Shown: positions 45,895-55,600 of the stretch, one piece after another | How positions within the stretch are numbered: position 1 is the stretch's first letter | Layout of the letters: each line of letters begins with the position of its first letter | IMG/VR virus record: IMGVR_UViG_3300000216_000003 | Span: 32,001-96,000 of that record | Direction: 5' to 3' (one strand) | Length of the DNA: 64,000 nucleotides | From: a virus | Made by a program: the position numbers and the translations under genes | The notes under the pieces: generated by a model | Databases searched by the model: none | Told to the model about the DNA's origin: nothing | What the model saw: only the letters and a program-made list of their open reading frames with translations

Positions 45895-47811
45895 ATGATT
45901 ATATCATCTGCACTTTCATCAATTCCATTAATATCATTAACGGATTCAACTAGACTACAGATGTCTTCTAAACAACTAGGGCAATGTGTTACACATGTTA
46001 ATTGTCGCCGACCATATGTAATTGGAGATGATTGGAAATATTTATCTCATAGTACAGCTATGTCTAAAAAAGTAGCCGGTGTGTCTGGAAATATTGTATA
46101 TACAAATGATGATATTATGGTGGTTGTATTTGATAATAAACCAGATCTTAAAATAGAAGTATTTGAAATACCAACTGTAATGTCTACTGCTTTTAGTTTT
46201 GGAAGTAAACTTAGATATAAAAGAGATCCAGGAGAATTTGAAAAAGGGGATTTACTTTTCGAATATGATAATTTCATCGAAAATACCCCCTGCTACGGAT
46301 ATAATGTGAATGTTGCTTTCATGCCTTGGATGGGATTTAACTATGAAGATGCCGTGGTTATCAGTGAAAGTCTAAGTCATCTTTGTCGCTCTCTAAAGAA
46401 AGAAACGATAACAATTCCTATATATAGTCATACATTATTAAAAAGTCTATATAAAGATAGTAAATACCAATTCATACCTGAAGTTGGGCAAGAGATAAAT
46501 AAACGAATATTATCAACTGAATACATTCCAAGAAGTTCAAATAAAAAACAAGTTCTTCAATCATTAAACTTAGTAGATTTCAGTTTGATTGGAGATAATG
46601 ACTTCCAGTTTAATAGTCAACACATACTATCAAAATTAAACAATGCAAAAATATCTAGAATTAAGGCACATAGAATTAATCCCAATATAAAAGCATTAGA
46701 TCCAAATCTACAAACAATAGTAGATATGTTATGTTCTGAATATAAAATCAATAATGCACAGATATACCAGGATGTTGCTTCATTACTTGGAAAAGATTAT
46801 GCTAAGAAACTAATCAGTAACCATTATATAATGTTGAAACCATCTATAAAGACAAATGATTTAATTGCAGTATTGGAGATTGATTTAATCAAAGATAGTG
46901 CAACTGAAGTAGGAGATAAATTCGCTAATCGCTTTGCAAATAAAGGTGTTGTATCTTTAATAATACCAGATGAGTTACGACCATTGGATAATTCTGGTAA
47001 CCCCATTGATATGATACTTAGTCCGCTCTCAGTATTCAGTAGAATGAACTTAGGACAACTACTAGAAGGTCTCATAGGAAAAGCAATACGAAAGGCAGAA
47101 GAACAAATTAAGAATGGCGATGTTTTCGCCCCTCTTGAAAATATTGCTAAATTATCAGACGCTATTGGTACGACTAAATATAGTATTGAAATAAGAGAAT
47201 TACTAGAAACTGTTAAAACCAATCAACAACTATTAGATAAATTTATTAGATCTGTAGAGATTGGTGGGTTATACTTTGAAGTACCAGGATTTACTAATTT
47301 TGATACTAAAGAAATTTACGATACTGTTAAAGAGTTGTTTGATGTTACTCCTAATGATAATATAACAGCATCCAAAGAACTTCTTACATATATGAGAACA
47401 AAATTACAATTAGAAAATGATATTGCATTACCAACTAAAGATGTAATATATAAAGATATTTTCAATGCTCCAATATATACACTTAAACTTATGCAGTTAT
47501 CAGAAAGTAAGTTAAATGCTAGAGACTGGGGAGAATATAGTGCTAGTAGCAAAACCCCTACTATTAAAGGTAAAAGTAGTATTGGTAAAGCATCTAGAAT
47601 TGGCAATATGGAATTCGACGCACTACTTGGTCATGATGCTATACAAGCAGTTAAAGAGATTAGAACTGTAAAGTCTGATGCGTTACATCTGAAATCAGAC
47701 TTAGTTAATCAAATGCTTAATACTGGAACCTATAATTTACCAAATGATAAATCTAAATCATATACCAAAACCATCATTGATAGTTTAATGGTATTTATAA
47801 ACGAAAACTAA
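45895..47811 (+). CDS. RNA polymerase beta-like subunit, C-terminal part
   Basis: IP....DSTRLQMSSKQLGQ, GYNVNVAFMPWMGFNYEDAVVISE, VGDKFANRFANKGVVS, PLSVFSRMNLGQ, RIGNME. Confidence 0.95.
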   Translation: MIISSALSSIPLISLTDSTRLQMSSKQLGQCVTHVNCRRPYVIGDDWKYLSHSTAMSKKVAGVSGNIVYTNDDIMVVVFDNKPDLKIEVFEIPTVMSTAFSFGSKLRYKRDPGEFEKGDLLFEYDNFIENTPCYGYNVNVAFMPWMGFNYEDAVVISESLSHLCRSLKKETITIPIYSHTLLKSLYKDSKYQFIPEVGQEINKRILSTEYIPRSSNKKQVLQSLNLVDFSLIGDNDFQFNSQHILSKLNNAKISRIKAHRINPNIKALDPNLQTIVDMLCSEYKINNAQIYQDVASLLGKDYAKKLISNHYIMLKPSIKTNDLIAVLEIDLIKDSATEVGDKFANRFANKGVVSLIIPDELRPLDNSGNPIDMILSPLSVFSRMNLGQLLEGLIGKAIRKAEEQIKNGDVFAPLENIAKLSDAIGTTKYSIEIRELLETVKTNQQLLDKFIRSVEIGGLYFEVPGFTNFDTKEIYDTVKELFDVTPNDNITASKELLTYMRTKLQLENDIALPTKDVIYKDIFNAPIYTLKLMQLSESKLNARDWGEYSASSKTPTIKGKSSIGKASRIGNMEFDALLGHDAIQAVKEIRTVKSDALHLKSDLVNQMLNTGTYNLPNDKSKSYTKTIIDSLMVFINEN

Positions 47812-47816
47812 TAAGT

Positions 47817-47856
47817 GGGAGGAGTGTAAAAACTCCTCTCCCTTTTATTTCTTTTT
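47817..47856 (+). terminator. Intrinsic terminator
   Basis: GGGAGGAGT/ACTCCTCTCCC stem plus T-tract. Confidence 0.7.
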
Positions 47857-47859
47857 ATA

Positions 47860-47871
47860 TATAGATATAAT
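47860..47871 (+). promoter_or_regulatory. Phage promoter motif TATAGATATAAT
   Basis: Heads ligase unit. Confidence 0.7.
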
Positions 47872-47891
47872 ATGATTTAATACTAAAGGAG

Positions 47892-48257
47892 ATGATGATG
47901 TTATTTGAACTAGAAAGATCTATTGCTCGAGATTTAAAAGAAAATCCGGATGATTGGGTATTTGATAATGAAGAAACTGGTGAAGGTGGATGTATAGATA
48001 TTCAATATAGGCCACATTCAATATATAATAAAAATAAAGATATGTATGTATGGATATGTAACGGATTCTTTTTTTACTGTATATCTGCACTGGGTGGGAA
48101 GACAGTGCAAAGATTCTCATTAATTGGAAAACTAATTTTTGCAATAGCTTATTTTAAATGGCAAAGTAAGAGAACTATAACATATAAATATCTTATAAAA
48201 TTATATAAAAACCACTATGCTGTAAGTAAAGATGATCTATTAACTAGATTTAAATAG
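47892..48257 (+). CDS. Hypothetical protein
   Basis: AAGGAG RBS. Confidence 0.7.
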   Translation: MMMLFELERSIARDLKENPDDWVFDNEETGEGGCIDIQYRPHSIYNKNKDMYVWICNGFFFYCISALGGKTVQRFSLIGKLIFAIAYFKWQSKRTITYKYLIKLYKNHYAVSKDDLLTRFK

Positions 48258-48268
48258 GGGTTGATATA

Positions 48269-48646
48269 ATGTCTACTCGATTACGACAAGAACTTATAAC
48301 TCAAATTGAAAGATTCAAAGAACATAATAATACAAATTATTACGGTAGTGGACCCGCTTATTTTGATCTTATATCTAAACCTAAAAAAAATATTTTTATT
48401 AATATAAGTAGACGGGCTGAAAATATAAATATTAATGGAATATATTACAATACGTATGTTGACATTCTTTATACTATTGTGTTTTGTAGTAGCCGCAAAA
48501 CAAAAATATTTGAAACTAAAGACTTTAATAAATTATGTAATAAGCTAGCCCGTCATAAATTAACAACCCTTGTTACTGATGATTTTAGACGGCAATCAAA
48601 TCGAATTGAAGCTGAAATCATATATAATAAACTAAAAGAGGTGTAA
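48269..48646 (+). CDS. Hypothetical protein (ends YNKLKEV)
   Basis: Coupled to ligase. Confidence 0.65.
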   Translation: MSTRLRQELITQIERFKEHNNTNYYGSGPAYFDLISKPKKNIFINISRRAENININGIYYNTYVDILYTIVFCSSRKTKIFETKDFNKLCNKLARHKLTTLVTDDFRRQSNRIEAEIIYNKLKEV

Positions 48647-50439
48647 TGAATAAAGAACAGCTGCAGGAGGCTATTAAATATCATAATAGATTATACTGGG
48701 AAGATAACAACCCAGAAATAACAGATATTGAATATGATTCCTTAATAAACCAATTAAAAAGTATCGATCCAACTAATTATTTAGTAGTAGATGTTGATGG
48801 ACCTATTGCGGTAGGAGACACTATTAAACACCCTAAAATGATGCTATCTCTTGATAAAGCATTTAGTCTAGAAGAGATACTTAAATGGGGGAGTAAAATT
48901 ATTAGGTCTCCAAAAGAAAAATTTAGTCTTTCTCCAAAGTTCGATGGTATTGCTAGTACATATTATCATAAGAAACAATTATTAGTCACTAGAGGTAGAG
49001 ATGGATTACATGGAGAGAATGTAACTCATAAATTACCACTTATTGATCTTGAATCAGATCAAGATGCTGCTTCTACTGATATAATTGGAGAAGTATTAGT
49101 AAAAAAATCTGAATTTAAAAATACTAAAGCAACCCGCAAGAGCGGTGAACCATTTAAAACTGAACGGAATATGGCAGCAGGTATAATGACTCCTGCTAGA
49201 AAAGATACAGCAGAATTAATTGGTATTGTAAAATTAACAATGGTTGATTATAAGAAGTTTGAAATATCAACGGAATATCAATATTTAGAGAAGAATTGGG
49301 AAACTATAGTTGAGCGATTTAAAGACTCTGATTATCCTTTAGATGGGGTAGTTATTCGAGTTACAGATGAACAGTATCATGAATCTCTTGGAGTCACATC
49401 CCATCATCCTCGAGGATCGATTGCTTTTAAATTTAATGATAATAGTAAACGTACTATTGTTAGAGATATTAAATGGCAAGTTGGACGAACTAGAAAACTA
49501 ACACCTGTAGCCGTTATAGATCCTATTGTTGTTAATGGAGTTACTATTGAAAGTCCAACTTTACATAATGCTAAACGAGTCATCGACTTTAATCTCCATA
49601 TTGGAGATATTGCATATGTATCAAGACATGGTGATGTTATTCCACATGTTGATAGTATAGAACCGGGAGATAATAGGGTTCCAATTAAGATTGATAATTG
49701 TCCTAACTGCGATGGCGCTTTAGACTATCAAGAGCCAGAATTATACTGCTTGAATTTAGATTGTGGTGGCTCTCTCGTACGACAACTAGTACATGCAGTA
49801 AAGACAGTTTCTATAGAAGAACTAGGCGAACCTACAATTCAGAAGATGGTAGATGACTTAGAAGTTAAATCATTAGCAGATATACTATCATTAGAATATG
49901 AGGATATATTAACCCTTGACGGCTTTGCTGAGACATCTGCCAATACATTATATGATAATATTCAGTTAGTTATTAAGAAAGTGGAAGATTGGAAGATTTT
50001 GGCAAGTTTAAATATTAAAGGTATAGGTAAGACTTTAGCTAAACAATTATTCTCTAAAATGACGTTTAGTGAATTGACAAATTTATCTCTTGAAGAATTA
50101 GAAATGCAACCAAACTTTAGTTTTGAAAGAAGTTATACCTTAATTAAAGGGTTAGAAGAAAATTCTGAACTAATCGGTGAACTATATGGATTGATGAGTG
50201 TAGTTAATACTAAATTAACAGCAGCCGATACTAGAAAAACTATATGTTTTAGTGGAAGTCTTCCTCAAAAGAAGTCATTCTATAAATCAATCGCCGATAC
50301 TAAAGGATTGAATGTAGTAGCTAGTGTGACAAGTAAATTAACGTACTTAGTATCATCTGGTGAACAAACCTCTAAATTGGATAAAGCTCAGAAGAGAGGC
50401 ATTCCAATTCTAACAATTGAAGAATTTCTAGAATTGTAA
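48646..50439 (+). CDS. ligA: NAD-dependent DNA ligase
   Basis: Y...PEITD.EYD, MLSLDK, KFDG adenylation motif, C4 zinc finger, HhH motifs, C-terminal BRCT. Confidence 0.95.
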   Translation: MNKEQLQEAIKYHNRLYWEDNNPEITDIEYDSLINQLKSIDPTNYLVVDVDGPIAVGDTIKHPKMMLSLDKAFSLEEILKWGSKIIRSPKEKFSLSPKFDGIASTYYHKKQLLVTRGRDGLHGENVTHKLPLIDLESDQDAASTDIIGEVLVKKSEFKNTKATRKSGEPFKTERNMAAGIMTPARKDTAELIGIVKLTMVDYKKFEISTEYQYLEKNWETIVERFKDSDYPLDGVVIRVTDEQYHESLGVTSHHPRGSIAFKFNDNSKRTIVRDIKWQVGRTRKLTPVAVIDPIVVNGVTIESPTLHNAKRVIDFNLHIGDIAYVSRHGDVIPHVDSIEPGDNRVPIKIDNCPNCDGALDYQEPELYCLNLDCGGSLVRQLVHAVKTVSIEELGEPTIQKMVDDLEVKSLADILSLEYEDILTLDGFAETSANTLYDNIQLVIKKVEDWKILASLNIKGIGKTLAKQLFSKMTFSELTNLSLEELEMQPNFSFERSYTLIKGLEENSELIGELYGLMSVVNTKLTAADTRKTICFSGSLPQKKSFYKSIADTKGLNVVASVTSKLTYLVSSGEQTSKLDKAQKRGIPILTIEEFLEL

Positions 50440-50684
50440 TGAATATAATACATGAATATAAAGAAAGTATTAGATCATATATAACTAATATAACTAAAGA
50501 TGGTGGCTATTGTGGTGGAATGGAATCATATGTGATTGTCTATATTAAAAATAATAAAGATGAAATTATATATGAAACAGATGGGTCAACACTTAAAGAA
50601 GCTTATCAAAAAGCACTAAACTTATACGGTTTGCCTCCTAAAATTAAACATAAATTACAAAAACTTATTTTAAATATTATTTAA
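50439..50684 (+). CDS. Small protein with tag A (KHKLQKLILNII)
   Basis: Coupled to ligase; hairpin 50708-50735 follows. Confidence 0.65.
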   Translation: MNIIHEYKESIRSYITNITKDGGYCGGMESYVIVYIKNNKDEIIYETDGSTLKEAYQKALNLYGLPPKIKHKLQKLILNII

Positions 50685-50750
50685 TAATGCAAACCGAAAA
50701 CTTTTAAGCATGGCTTAACCGCCATGTTTTATTTATTAAGGAAATAACAA

Positions 50751-52043
50751 ATGGCAGCAGCAACACCGCCAAATAATTATAGTATAGAGTTAAAAATGTT
50801 ACTCAATGGACAAGAAATGGTAACGAAGGATGTTAATACTTTTTATGTATATCGGACTCCATTGGTTAAATATGCCAGTTTCGCTACTGTAACTTTGCCG
50901 TTACCTACTGGTAATTTCTTAAATATAAGCGATACATTAAAAAAAGGCGAAGACTTACAGTTAACATTAACAATAACATTACTAAATAAATTAAAAGATG
51001 GCCTCGATACTCGGGAACGTAAAGATGATAAATTAATAACTAGAAAAACATATAAGATATTATATATTGAATCAAGGGAAAAGGTAGGTGCAGAAAATCA
51101 ATTAATGAATTGTACTATGTATTTAACTAATCCTGTATTGTTCTATTTATCCACTGTTAATAGTTTTAATAAGATAATCGAAAATTCTAATTCATTAGAT
51201 GCCCTAAAAGAATTTGAAGGATTTATGAGTCAGTATGGAGATATTAGTTTTGATCATAAGATTGGAGTATCTACCTTTAATACTAAAATACACGAACAGA
51301 TAATGGTTAGATCTAAGAATGATCTCACCATTCCTACCCTTCTCCAATCCAACTTTAAGGTTATCGATCACTTTGCTTATTACTTCTGGGATGACTTTAG
51401 AATAACAGATGATAATAGTTCTGATATTTGTGGAATCTTTATTTCATTTAATAATTTACCAGAATTTAATAAAGCTAATGTATTTTCAGATGGTGTTGCT
51501 GATTTTCAAATGGGGTCCAAAGAAGTCGGTATTACTCCAATTCAAGATGTTTTTGATTCATTGCTTGAAAATGATGCAACTATGATCGCTACTAATTATG
51601 AAACATTCTTTAAAAAATATAAAGGTAATGATCCATCAGTTCCTAAAACTAAATCAAAAGTAACACCATCTTCTATAAATGAAGATAGAAAAATTAATGC
51701 TGTTGAAGCCACTCACTCATCAGTTACCGTGCCCACAACTAAACAATTTTCTATTTATTCCTCAGACCCTACTGGTCTTCATAAATCTGATAATGCTATG
51801 ACTAGGTTTTCAAATATGTCTAAATTTGTAAGAGAAGAAGTTCAGGATGTGTATGATTTTCAGAATGATGATTGTCACCCTGATTATTTACAATTCGATA
51901 GAATATATGCCTTTGACTTACATGTTCCTTTTGATTTAAAATATATTCCGATTAGTATAGTTAATATCTTTTCAAAAGAGAACCCAAGAGAGACTATTAT
52001 GAAACATTCAGCTAAATGGCAATGTTTAAGATTTAATTTATAG
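50751..52043 (+). CDS. Hypothetical protein, possibly virion/baseplate
   Basis: 430-aa beta-rich ORF with TAAGGA RBS; function is a guess. Confidence 0.55.
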   Translation: MAAATPPNNYSIELKMLLNGQEMVTKDVNTFYVYRTPLVKYASFATVTLPLPTGNFLNISDTLKKGEDLQLTLTITLLNKLKDGLDTRERKDDKLITRKTYKILYIESREKVGAENQLMNCTMYLTNPVLFYLSTVNSFNKIIENSNSLDALKEFEGFMSQYGDISFDHKIGVSTFNTKIHEQIMVRSKNDLTIPTLLQSNFKVIDHFAYYFWDDFRITDDNSSDICGIFISFNNLPEFNKANVFSDGVADFQMGSKEVGITPIQDVFDSLLENDATMIATNYETFFKKYKGNDPSVPKTKSKVTPSSINEDRKINAVEATHSSVTVPTTKQFSIYSSDPTGLHKSDNAMTRFSNMSKFVREEVQDVYDFQNDDCHPDYLQFDRIYAFDLHVPFDLKYIPISIVNIFSKENPRETIMKHSAKWQCLRFNL

Positions 52044-52052
52044 TTTATTTGA

Positions 52053-52064
52053 TATAGATATAAT
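52053..52064 (+). promoter_or_regulatory. Phage promoter motif TATAGATATAAT
   Basis: Heads the tag-C array. Confidence 0.72.
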
Positions 52065-52095
52065 AGAGTTTAACGGCAATATTGGGAGATAATCG

Positions 52096-52290
52096 ATGCT
52101 AACCAGATCTGAAATATATAAAATAGTATGTTTGATACCAAGTGAAGAGTGGCAGGAATTCATTAAGACTGTGCATTATAAGTATGATATATCAGATGAC
52201 TATACTACTTGGTCTCAAACTCTTGCAGAGAGTCCAGATATCAAGGATATTAGTACTGCTCTATTAAAGCTAAAACTAAGATATTCATAA
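52096..52290 (+). CDS. Family C small protein (ALLKLKLRYS)
   Basis: Tandem paralog. Confidence 0.75.
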   Translation: MLTRSEIYKIVCLIPSEEWQEFIKTVHYKYDISDDYTTWSQTLAESPDIKDISTALLKLKLRYS

Positions 52291-52308
52291 TAGGTTGGAG
52301 ATAAGTCA

Positions 52309-52500
52309 ATGACTGCTGAAGATGTTTTTGATGTACTAAAAATTGTTAAATCTGAAAGGTGGGCGGAATTTACTGATTATATTGTAGATAATTATGAAGT
52401 TGATAGAGATAGCACTACTTGGATAGAGGCGTTATCAAAAAGTCCAGATCATGAATTAATTCATAAAGAGTTATTGCGTTTAAAATTAGAAGTATGTTAA
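52309..52500 (+). CDS. Family C small protein (ELLRLKLEVC)
   Basis: Tandem paralog. Confidence 0.75.
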   Translation: MTAEDVFDVLKIVKSERWAEFTDYIVDNYEVDRDSTTWIEALSKSPDHELIHKELLRLKLEVC

Positions 52501-52703
52501 TGACTGAATTAGAAATTGCTAATCTAATTATAAATTTACCAATTACAGATACAAATTATGAAGAATGGCATGATTATATATGTGGATTGTTTAAAATTTA
52601 TAATATTCAAGGCACTGGGGCTTATAGTTTTGAAATTTATAAATCTATTCATAAAGAAAAACTAATTAGGGATATAAACAGATGGAAACTTCTACACTCA
52701 TGA
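52494..52703 (+). CDS. Family C small protein (DINRWKLLHS)
   Basis: Tandem paralog. Confidence 0.75.
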   Translation: MLMTELEIANLIINLPITDTNYEEWHDYICGLFKIYNIQGTGAYSFEIYKSIHKEKLIRDINRWKLLHS

Positions 52704-53029
52704 AACACGAATCGTTTGAACCTCAAAACGCTGAAGAACAGGTAAGGATGTTCAGAATTATTGCTACACGATTAATTGAAACCGATGAACGATTTAAAGA
52801 CTCTAAAATTTTCATAGAAAAGGTTAATGATGAGAACTATGTTTTCGGATTCACTGTTAAAAATGATAATATACTTGATTTGGTTCTTAATGATTTCTTT
52901 GATGAAATGTTTGAAGAAAAAGGTCCATTTCACGATGCTGAGTTTATATTCTCTGGGGACCTCGATGCTGCCCCAGACTATATTGAAAAAAAGAATAGCT
53001 ATAGTTTTGCCATGAGAACCCTCTGGTAG
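52700..53029 (+). CDS. Unrelated acidic protein within the family C array
   Basis: Start moved to MKHESF (ATGA overlap); TAG stop followed in frame by a tag-C segment. Confidence 0.7.
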   Translation: MKHESFEPQNAEEQVRMFRIIATRLIETDERFKDSKIFIEKVNDENYVFGFTVKNDNILDLVLNDFFDEMFEEKGPFHDAEFIFSGDLDAAPDYIEKKNSYSFAMRTLW

Positions 53030-53082
53030 AAATATAAAGAAAAAGTAATTAGTGATATATTAAGATGGAAACTTCTACACTC

Positions 53083-53286
53083 ATGAATCATATGTCGGAA
53101 AAGAAACTTGAAAAATTAATAATGACAATTCCAAGTGGTAGGGATTGGCATTCATATATCTTCGAACTATTCAAACAATATAATATTACATATACTAAAC
53201 CACCATACAGTGAACTAATCTGGAACTCTCATCATCGTGAATCAATTATTAAGGATATACTAAGATGGAAACTCCTGCACTCGTAA
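53083..53286 (+). CDS. Family C small protein (DILRWKLLHS)
   Basis: Start moved to MNHMSE. Confidence 0.75.
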   Translation: MNHMSEKKLEKLIMTIPSGRDWHSYIFELFKQYNITYTKPPYSELIWNSHHRESIIKDILRWKLLHS

Positions 53287-53492
53287 CTCTTCAAGAATTC
53301 AAAAATATGTTCTATAAACATGCTAGTGCTGTTCATAATTGGACTCCTAAATATAAATATGATGATGAACTGCATATGGCAGTCGCAACTTATATAATGG
53401 ATGGTAGAGATAGAAGTACTTCATTATATAATAGCAGTAAAAAAGATTTGTTTATTCAAGATATGTTAAAAGTTAAATTAGAGAGGATTTAA
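53265..53492 (+). CDS. Family C small protein (DMLKVKLERI)
   Basis: Expected ATGA overlap reads GTAA; start uncertain. Confidence 0.65.
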   Translation: METPALVTLQEFKNMFYKHASAVHNWTPKYKYDDELHMAVATYIMDGRDRSTSLYNSSKKDLFIQDMLKVKLERI

Positions 53493-53689
53493 TGGATATA
53501 TCATCTGAAGAAATTAAAGATTTAATAGATGATATATCTTTTCCTAAATGGTATAGGTTTATCTCAGATGCTCATATTATCTATGATGTTGAATGGAATG
53601 GCCATTCATGGAGTAGTTCATTTATGGAAAGTAAGGATTTTAAACTTATTATTAATGAACTAATGCGTATAAGATTATCGGAGATATAA
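53492..53689 (+). CDS. Family C small protein (ELMRIRLSEI)
   Basis: Tandem paralog. Confidence 0.75.
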   Translation: MDISSEEIKDLIDDISFPKWYRFISDAHIIYDVEWNGHSWSSSFMESKDFKLIINELMRIRLSEI

Positions 53690-53886
53690 TGTATGTTTCA
53701 GACGAAGAAATGATAGATCTAATAATGGATATTGATGAAGATGATTGGCGATTTTTTCTTCCTCGTATTAGTGATGAGTATAATATAATATTTAACAATA
53801 AGAACTGGAGTAGTTCATTTAGGGAAAATAAAAATTTTAAATATATTGTTAATGAATTAAGACGAATGAGGTTATTGAGATCATGA
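53689..53886 (+). CDS. Family C small protein (ELRRMRLLRS)
   Basis: Close paralog of previous gene (WSSSF.E.K.FK). Confidence 0.75.
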   Translation: MYVSDEEMIDLIMDIDEDDWRFFLPRISDEYNIIFNNKNWSSSFRENKNFKYIVNELRRMRLLRS

Positions 53887-54113
53887 CCACTCCAAGTCGA
53901 AAAGATTGGGAACAATTATGCGATTCTTTTTATAAGAGAGCTAGTCATCTTAATAGGATAAATAAAGGCACCAGTCATTGGAATATATTTTGGAAAAATA
54001 TGGCTATTTATTATAATATTACTCGCCCATATTCAATTAATAGTGTACCAGATTCTCCAATATTTAAAAAGATATATAATCATATGTTAAAGGCTAAGTT
54101 GGAGTTAGAGTAG
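53883..54113 (+). CDS. Family C small protein (HMLKAKLELE)
   Basis: Tandem paralog. Confidence 0.72.
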   Translation: MTTPSRKDWEQLCDSFYKRASHLNRINKGTSHWNIFWKNMAIYYNITRPYSINSVPDSPIFKKIYNHMLKAKLELE

Positions 54114-54349
54114 TGAATATAAGTGATCAAGAGATTAATAAATTGATACATAATATTTCTAGCGCATTGTGGGATTTCTCGTTTGATGGAGATGGTGATA
54201 AAAAATGGTTGGAGGTTTTAGAATATATTCAATGGGAATATGGAGTAACTTTTATGGTTGATAGATATCTTATTGATGATTTTAAAGCTTCTGGTAATAT
54301 GAAACAAATAATTCAGTATTTAAATAAAAAGAAATTGGAATTGTTATGA
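54113..54349 (+). CDS. Family C small protein (YLNKKKLELL)
   Basis: Tandem paralog. Confidence 0.72.
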   Translation: MNISDQEINKLIHNISSALWDFSFDGDGDKKWLEVLEYIQWEYGVTFMVDRYLIDDFKASGNMKQIIQYLNKKKLELL

Positions 54350-54555
54350 CATATGATGAAATTAGAAAATTAGGATTGGATATATGTCAGAATTTTAAAG
54401 GAGATACCGAACTTAAAGATTTTGATTTGTATCTACAAACGAAATATGGTATATGGGACTATGAATTATTCTTTCCAGCTGATCAGATATATGATCACTG
54501 TGAAGTATCTAAAATAGTTAATGATATGTTGAAATTTAAATTGAGTTTATTATGA
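54346..54555 (+). CDS. Family C small protein (DMLKFKLSLL)
   Basis: Tandem paralog. Confidence 0.75.
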   Translation: MTYDEIRKLGLDICQNFKGDTELKDFDLYLQTKYGIWDYELFFPADQIYDHCEVSKIVNDMLKFKLSLL

Positions 54556-54764
54556 CATTTAATGAATTTATGCTTCAAATTAGTGTTATTCGAAAATCAA
54601 CACACTATCTTAATTGGTGTAGGTTCGTAAAAAATCTAGAAACTGATTATCCAAAAATCAGATTCTCATTATATGGAGATGAAAGATGGGTCGAATTATA
54701 TGGTTCCCCTCAATTTAAAGAAGTATATAATAAAATAGTGAAGTTTAAATTGAGCCTATCTTGA
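54552..54764 (+). CDS. Family C small protein (KIVKFKLSLS)
   Basis: Tandem paralog. Confidence 0.75.
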   Translation: MTFNEFMLQISVIRKSTHYLNWCRFVKNLETDYPKIRFSLYGDERWVELYGSPQFKEVYNKIVKFKLSLS

Positions 54765-54970
54765 CTAACTTAGATATTGAAAATTTAATAAGAACTATCT
54801 ATGAAAATTTTAAAGGTGGTTCGGGGCTACAAGATCTTGAAACCTATTTAAACAATGTTTATGGTATTTGGGATGATAATATATATTTTCCAATAGAACA
54901 AATATGTAGCCATACAGAAAAAAATAAGATAATCAAGGATTTATTAAAATTTAGATTAGGGCAATTATGA
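54761..54970 (+). CDS. Family C small protein (DLLKFRLGQL)
   Basis: Close paralog of 54346-54555. Confidence 0.75.
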   Translation: MTNLDIENLIRTIYENFKGGSGLQDLETYLNNVYGIWDDNIYFPIEQICSHTEKNKIIKDLLKFRLGQL

Positions 54971-55185
54971 ATATTTCAATAAAAGAGCTTGATAAATTAA
55001 TATTTTGGATTTTAAATCGAGTTACTATTTCAATAGAGGTTTTGGATGAATTAGATGAAGAACTTAGAAGGGATTATAATATCTGGTCTGATTATGATTA
55101 TTTACCAACAGATCAGATAATACAGAACCCAAAAAAAGAACAAGTGATTCAGAGGTTACTTCAATTTAAACTATTATACTCATAA
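54967..55185 (+). CDS. Family C small protein (RLLQFKLLYS)
   Basis: Tandem paralog. Confidence 0.75.
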   Translation: MNISIKELDKLIFWILNRVTISIEVLDELDEELRRDYNIWSDYDYLPTDQIIQNPKKEQVIQRLLQFKLLYS

Positions 55186-55196
55186 CTGGAATTAAT

Positions 55197-55409
55197 ATGA
55201 CGCCTAAAGAATTTTTTGAGTTTCGAATTAGTATATATGATTCTTTTGAATATGGAGATAGAAAATGGCATATATTTAAAAGTAAGTTGTTTAAGAAGTT
55301 AAACTTAAAAGAACCGGATAATTCAGATGATTGGGATAATCTAATATTAACACCATATTTTGATTATATAATTAAAGAATTCTTAAGATTTAAATTGGAA
55401 AATGCATGA
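55197..55409 (+). CDS. Family C small protein (EFLRFKLENA)
   Basis: Tandem paralog. Confidence 0.75.
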   Translation: MTPKEFFEFRISIYDSFEYGDRKWHIFKSKLFKKLNLKEPDNSDDWDNLILTPYFDYIIKEFLRFKLENA

Positions 55410-55600
55410 ACTATCAAGATCTTCTTGATCTATATGGGGATATAAATGCTGGATTATCACCTGGTGAATCTTATATATTCTGGTCTAATTTAGCACGAAA
55501 ATATAATCTATACTCACCATCTATTTATATAATACTTGAAAGCATGGATAAAGATAAAATAGTTAAAGATTTATTAAGACAGAAATTGTTATTATTATGA
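55406..55600 (+). CDS. Family C small protein (DLLRQKLLLL)
   Basis: Tandem paralog. Confidence 0.75.
   Translation: MNYQDLLDLYGDINAGLSPGESYIFWSNLARKYNLYSPSIYIILESMDKDKIVKDLLRQKLLLL

Noticed and set aside
52682-53082. METSTL N-termini as a shared leader peptide
   Set aside because: They are the alternative-frame reading of the upstream RWKLLHS tail; the ATGA-coupled starts at 52700 and 53083 are more plausible.
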